Source of the DNA: Candidatus Omnitrophota bacterium
GTDB lineage: Bacteria > Omnitrophota > Gorgyraeia > 2-01-FULL-45-10
Assembly (NCBI GenBank): GCA_041650935.1
Contig: JBAZKH010000009.1
Coordinates: 1 to 62,945, forward strand
DNA length: 62,945 bases
Direction: 5' to 3'
Each line of letters begins with the position of its first letter. The stretch's first letter is position 1. Positions 61,270 through 62,945 of this stretch are shown one piece after another. Made by a program: the position numbers and the translations under genes. A model generated the notes under the pieces. The model did no database searches and had not been told where the DNA came from. It saw only the letters and a program-made list of their open reading frames with translations.

Positions 61270-62945
61270 ATGCGGAAGCGCTTGGTACTTTCGGCTATTC
61301 TCGTATTTCTTGCTCCTCAAATATCCGCCCAGGAAGAAGCCTTCTACCAGCTAAACCAGAAGATGGCGGAGTCTGCCCGCCAGGGTAGATACGAAGAGTC
61401 GCTCTCCTTCGCCAAAAAAGCCGTCGAGACGGCAAAAAAAGAATTCGGCCCGTATCACGATAATGTGGTAGCAATGCTTAATAGCGTCGCGGATATTTAT
61501 GTTTCGCAGGGAAAATATTCCAGGGCCGAGAGCGTTCTTAAACGCGTGCTGGCCTTAAGGACGCTTACGATAAATGACGAGCTTTTGTCCAAGAATTACG
61601 CCGATATAGCCGCGGCGATGCGCAGGCTCGCGAAACTTTACATGGAGGCGAAAAAATACTCAAGGGCCGAGCGGATGTTGAAGCGCGCCATGAAGATGGA
61701 CGAGACCGCGCGCGGCGCAGACTACCCCGATAAGGCTTCGGATATGAATCTCCTCATAACTCTATGCGAACTTCAAAATAAGTCCGAGGCGGCGGCCCCT
61801 CTCTATCAGACACTGCTCAAAGGTTATGAAGTATCCGGTACCGGAGATAGCGTCTCTTCGGCAGTTGCGGCCAATAATCTAGCCAAGATATACATGGAGA
61901 ATAAGAGATTTAAAGAGGCCGAGACGCTGCTTAAAAAAGCGCTCGATATTAACGAAAAGAATCATCTTCCGACCGACCGGACCGTAGCGATATCTTTGAA
62001 TAACCTCGCCACCGTCTACACAAACGAAGGCAAGTATTCCGAAGCGGAACCGCTATTGGTAAGGGCGCTCGATATCGACGAGAAGAGGTTCGGCAAAGAC
62101 TCTCCCGACATAGTAACCGACCTCAATAACCTCGCCACCGTCTATTCATACCAGAATAAGTACGCGGACTCCGAGGCCTTATACAGGAGAATGCTCGATA
62201 TACATGCGGCGGCTGCGGTGCCCGACGATAAAGAGATCGCTAAAGCCCTTAACAGCCTGGCGGTTACTTATTCGTACCAGAAGAGATATGCGGATGCGGA
62301 GCCGGTCCTTACCAAAGCGTTGGAGTTGACCCAAAGTGCATACGGACCGGACGCGCCGGCAACCGCCCTGGCCCTGAATAATCTCGCAGCAGCGTATTTA
62401 TCACAGGCCAAATATGATTCTGCCGAGCTTTTGTTTAAGAAGGCCCTGCAGATAGCGGAAAAGTATCTACCGGAACAATCCATGATAGCAGCAACGTCTC
62501 TGAGGAACCTGGGCTCGATATACGAATCCCAGGGTAAATATCCCGAGGCGGAAGATTTCTATGTGAAGATGGTCGACCTCTATAACAAGGTCCTCGACAA
62601 GAATTCGCCGGAGCTTGCGCTCGCTTCAAACGACCTGGCGAGAATTTACATAGCCGAAAAGAAATATGCCGAAGCGGAATCTCTCTTGAGGCGCTCTCTC
62701 GAGATAACAGAACACAACCAGGGACCCGACCACCGTAACGTATCCATATATCTCAATAACCTCGCCACCGTCTACACAAACGAAGGCAAGTATTCCGAAG
62801 CGGAACCGCTATTGGTAAGGGCGCTCGATATCGACGAGAAGAGGTTCGGCAAAGACTCTCCCGACATAGTAACCGACCTCAATAACCTCGCCACCGTCTA
62901 TTCATACCAGAATAAGTACGCGGACTCCGAGGCCTTATACAGGAG
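61270..62945 (+). CDS. TPR (TPR_12/kinesin-light-chain-type) repeat protein, 3'-truncated by the window end
   Basis: Signal peptide MRKRLVLSAILVFLAPQISAQE followed by at least 12 units of 42 aa (LNNLA.VY...GKY.EAEPL..RAL.I). I read the frame by hand and it stays open to the last base. It is absent from the ORF track because it has no stop codon. Confidence 0.85.
   Translation, partial: MRKRLVLSAILVFLAPQISAQEEAFYQLNQKMAESARQGRYEESLSFAKKAVETAKKEFGPYHDNVVAMLNSVADIYVSQGKYSRAESVLKRVLALRTLTINDELLSKNYADIAAAMRRLAKLYMEAKKYSRAERMLKRAMKMDETARGADYPDKASDMNLLITLCELQNKSEAAAPLYQTLLKGYEVSGTGDSVSSAVAANNLAKIYMENKRFKEAETLLKKALDINEKNHLPTDRTVAISLNNLATVYTNEGKYSEAEPLLVRALDIDEKRFGKDSPDIVTDLNNLATVYSYQNKYADSEALYRRMLDIHAAAAVPDDKEIAKALNSLAVTYSYQKRYADAEPVLTKALELTQSAYGPDAPATALALNNLAAAYLSQAKYDSAELLFKKALQIAEKYLPEQSMIAATSLRNLGSIYESQGKYPEAEDFYVKMVDLYNKVLDKNSPELALASNDLARIYIAEKKYAEAESLLRRSLEITEHNQGPDHRNVSIYLNNLATVYTNEGKYSEAEPLLVRALDIDEKRFGKDSPDIVTDLNNLATVYSYQNKYADSEALYR
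61999..62189 (+). repeat. 191-bp exact direct repeat, copy 1 (inside the TPR gene)
   Basis: Identical by eye to 62755-62945. The 756-bp offset equals 6 TPR units of 42 aa. Confidence 0.9.
62755..62945 (+). repeat. 191-bp exact direct repeat, copy 2 (runs into the window end)
   Basis: Identical by eye to 61999-62189. The window ends exactly inside the repeat. Confidence 0.9.

Noticed and set aside
62268-62629. Two minus-strand ORFs (62268-62483 and 62435-62629)
   Set aside because: Both lie antisense within the open plus-strand TPR reading frame, which has a clear 42-aa periodicity.

Overview
This is a gene-dense, mostly plus-strand bacterial window of 62.9 kb that looks like a metagenome contig. 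Both ends sit inside repeats: a 51-bp tandem repeat at the 5' edge and an exact 191-bp duplication in a TPR gene at the 3' edge. I cannot assign taxonomy from sequence alone. Rubrerythrin, class-1B DHODase (pyrK/pyrD) and two B12-radical-SAM enzymes suggest an anaerobe.

Core content:
- nagA-glmS-rsmI.
- A PyrR-attenuated pyrimidine operon, pyrR-pyrB-pyrC-[endonuclease Q-like]-pyrK-pyrD-pyrF-pyrE. carB lies separately at 30.1-33.4 kb.
- Three tRNAs: Val-TAC, Asp-GTC and Arg-ACG.
- Three GT-C-like polytopic membrane proteins.
- A cold-shock protein locus with a structured leader or small RNA.
- A metalloid-resistance-like cluster: DUF318 permease, two thiol-disulfide proteins, a CcdA-like permease and ACR3.
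- A 1096-aa multi-PAS/GAF histidine kinase with no adjacent response regulator.
- A DEAD-box helicase and rubrerythrin.
- An ECF sigma/anti-sigma/Spy-like/TolC/MacA/MacB block.
- A 709-aa secreted FG-GAP/Fn3 protein.
- A P-type ATPase and a class-A beta-lactamase-fold hydrolase.

Observations most worth a second look:
1. 57.9-62.9 kb: a translationally coupled operon of three coiled-coil proteins, an orphan ParA/MinD-type ATPase and a periplasmic TPR protein. It may be a positioning or cytoskeletal system that does not match any described arrangement I recognise.
2. Two small GIY-YIG nuclease genes, each preceded by a homologous clamp-like structured element and linked to tRNA genes.
3. An EndoQ-like uracil/hypoxanthine DNA nuclease embedded in the PyrR-regulated operon.
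4. A 3 x 14-bp tandem repeat inside the Fe-S loop of pyrK.
5. Several unusual palindromic repeat families: a 5+5 heptamer palindrome, elements with a GGGGAGGTTTAARCCTCCCC core, and a 32-nt perfect palindrome.

All functional calls come from motif recognition by eye. No database search was run.
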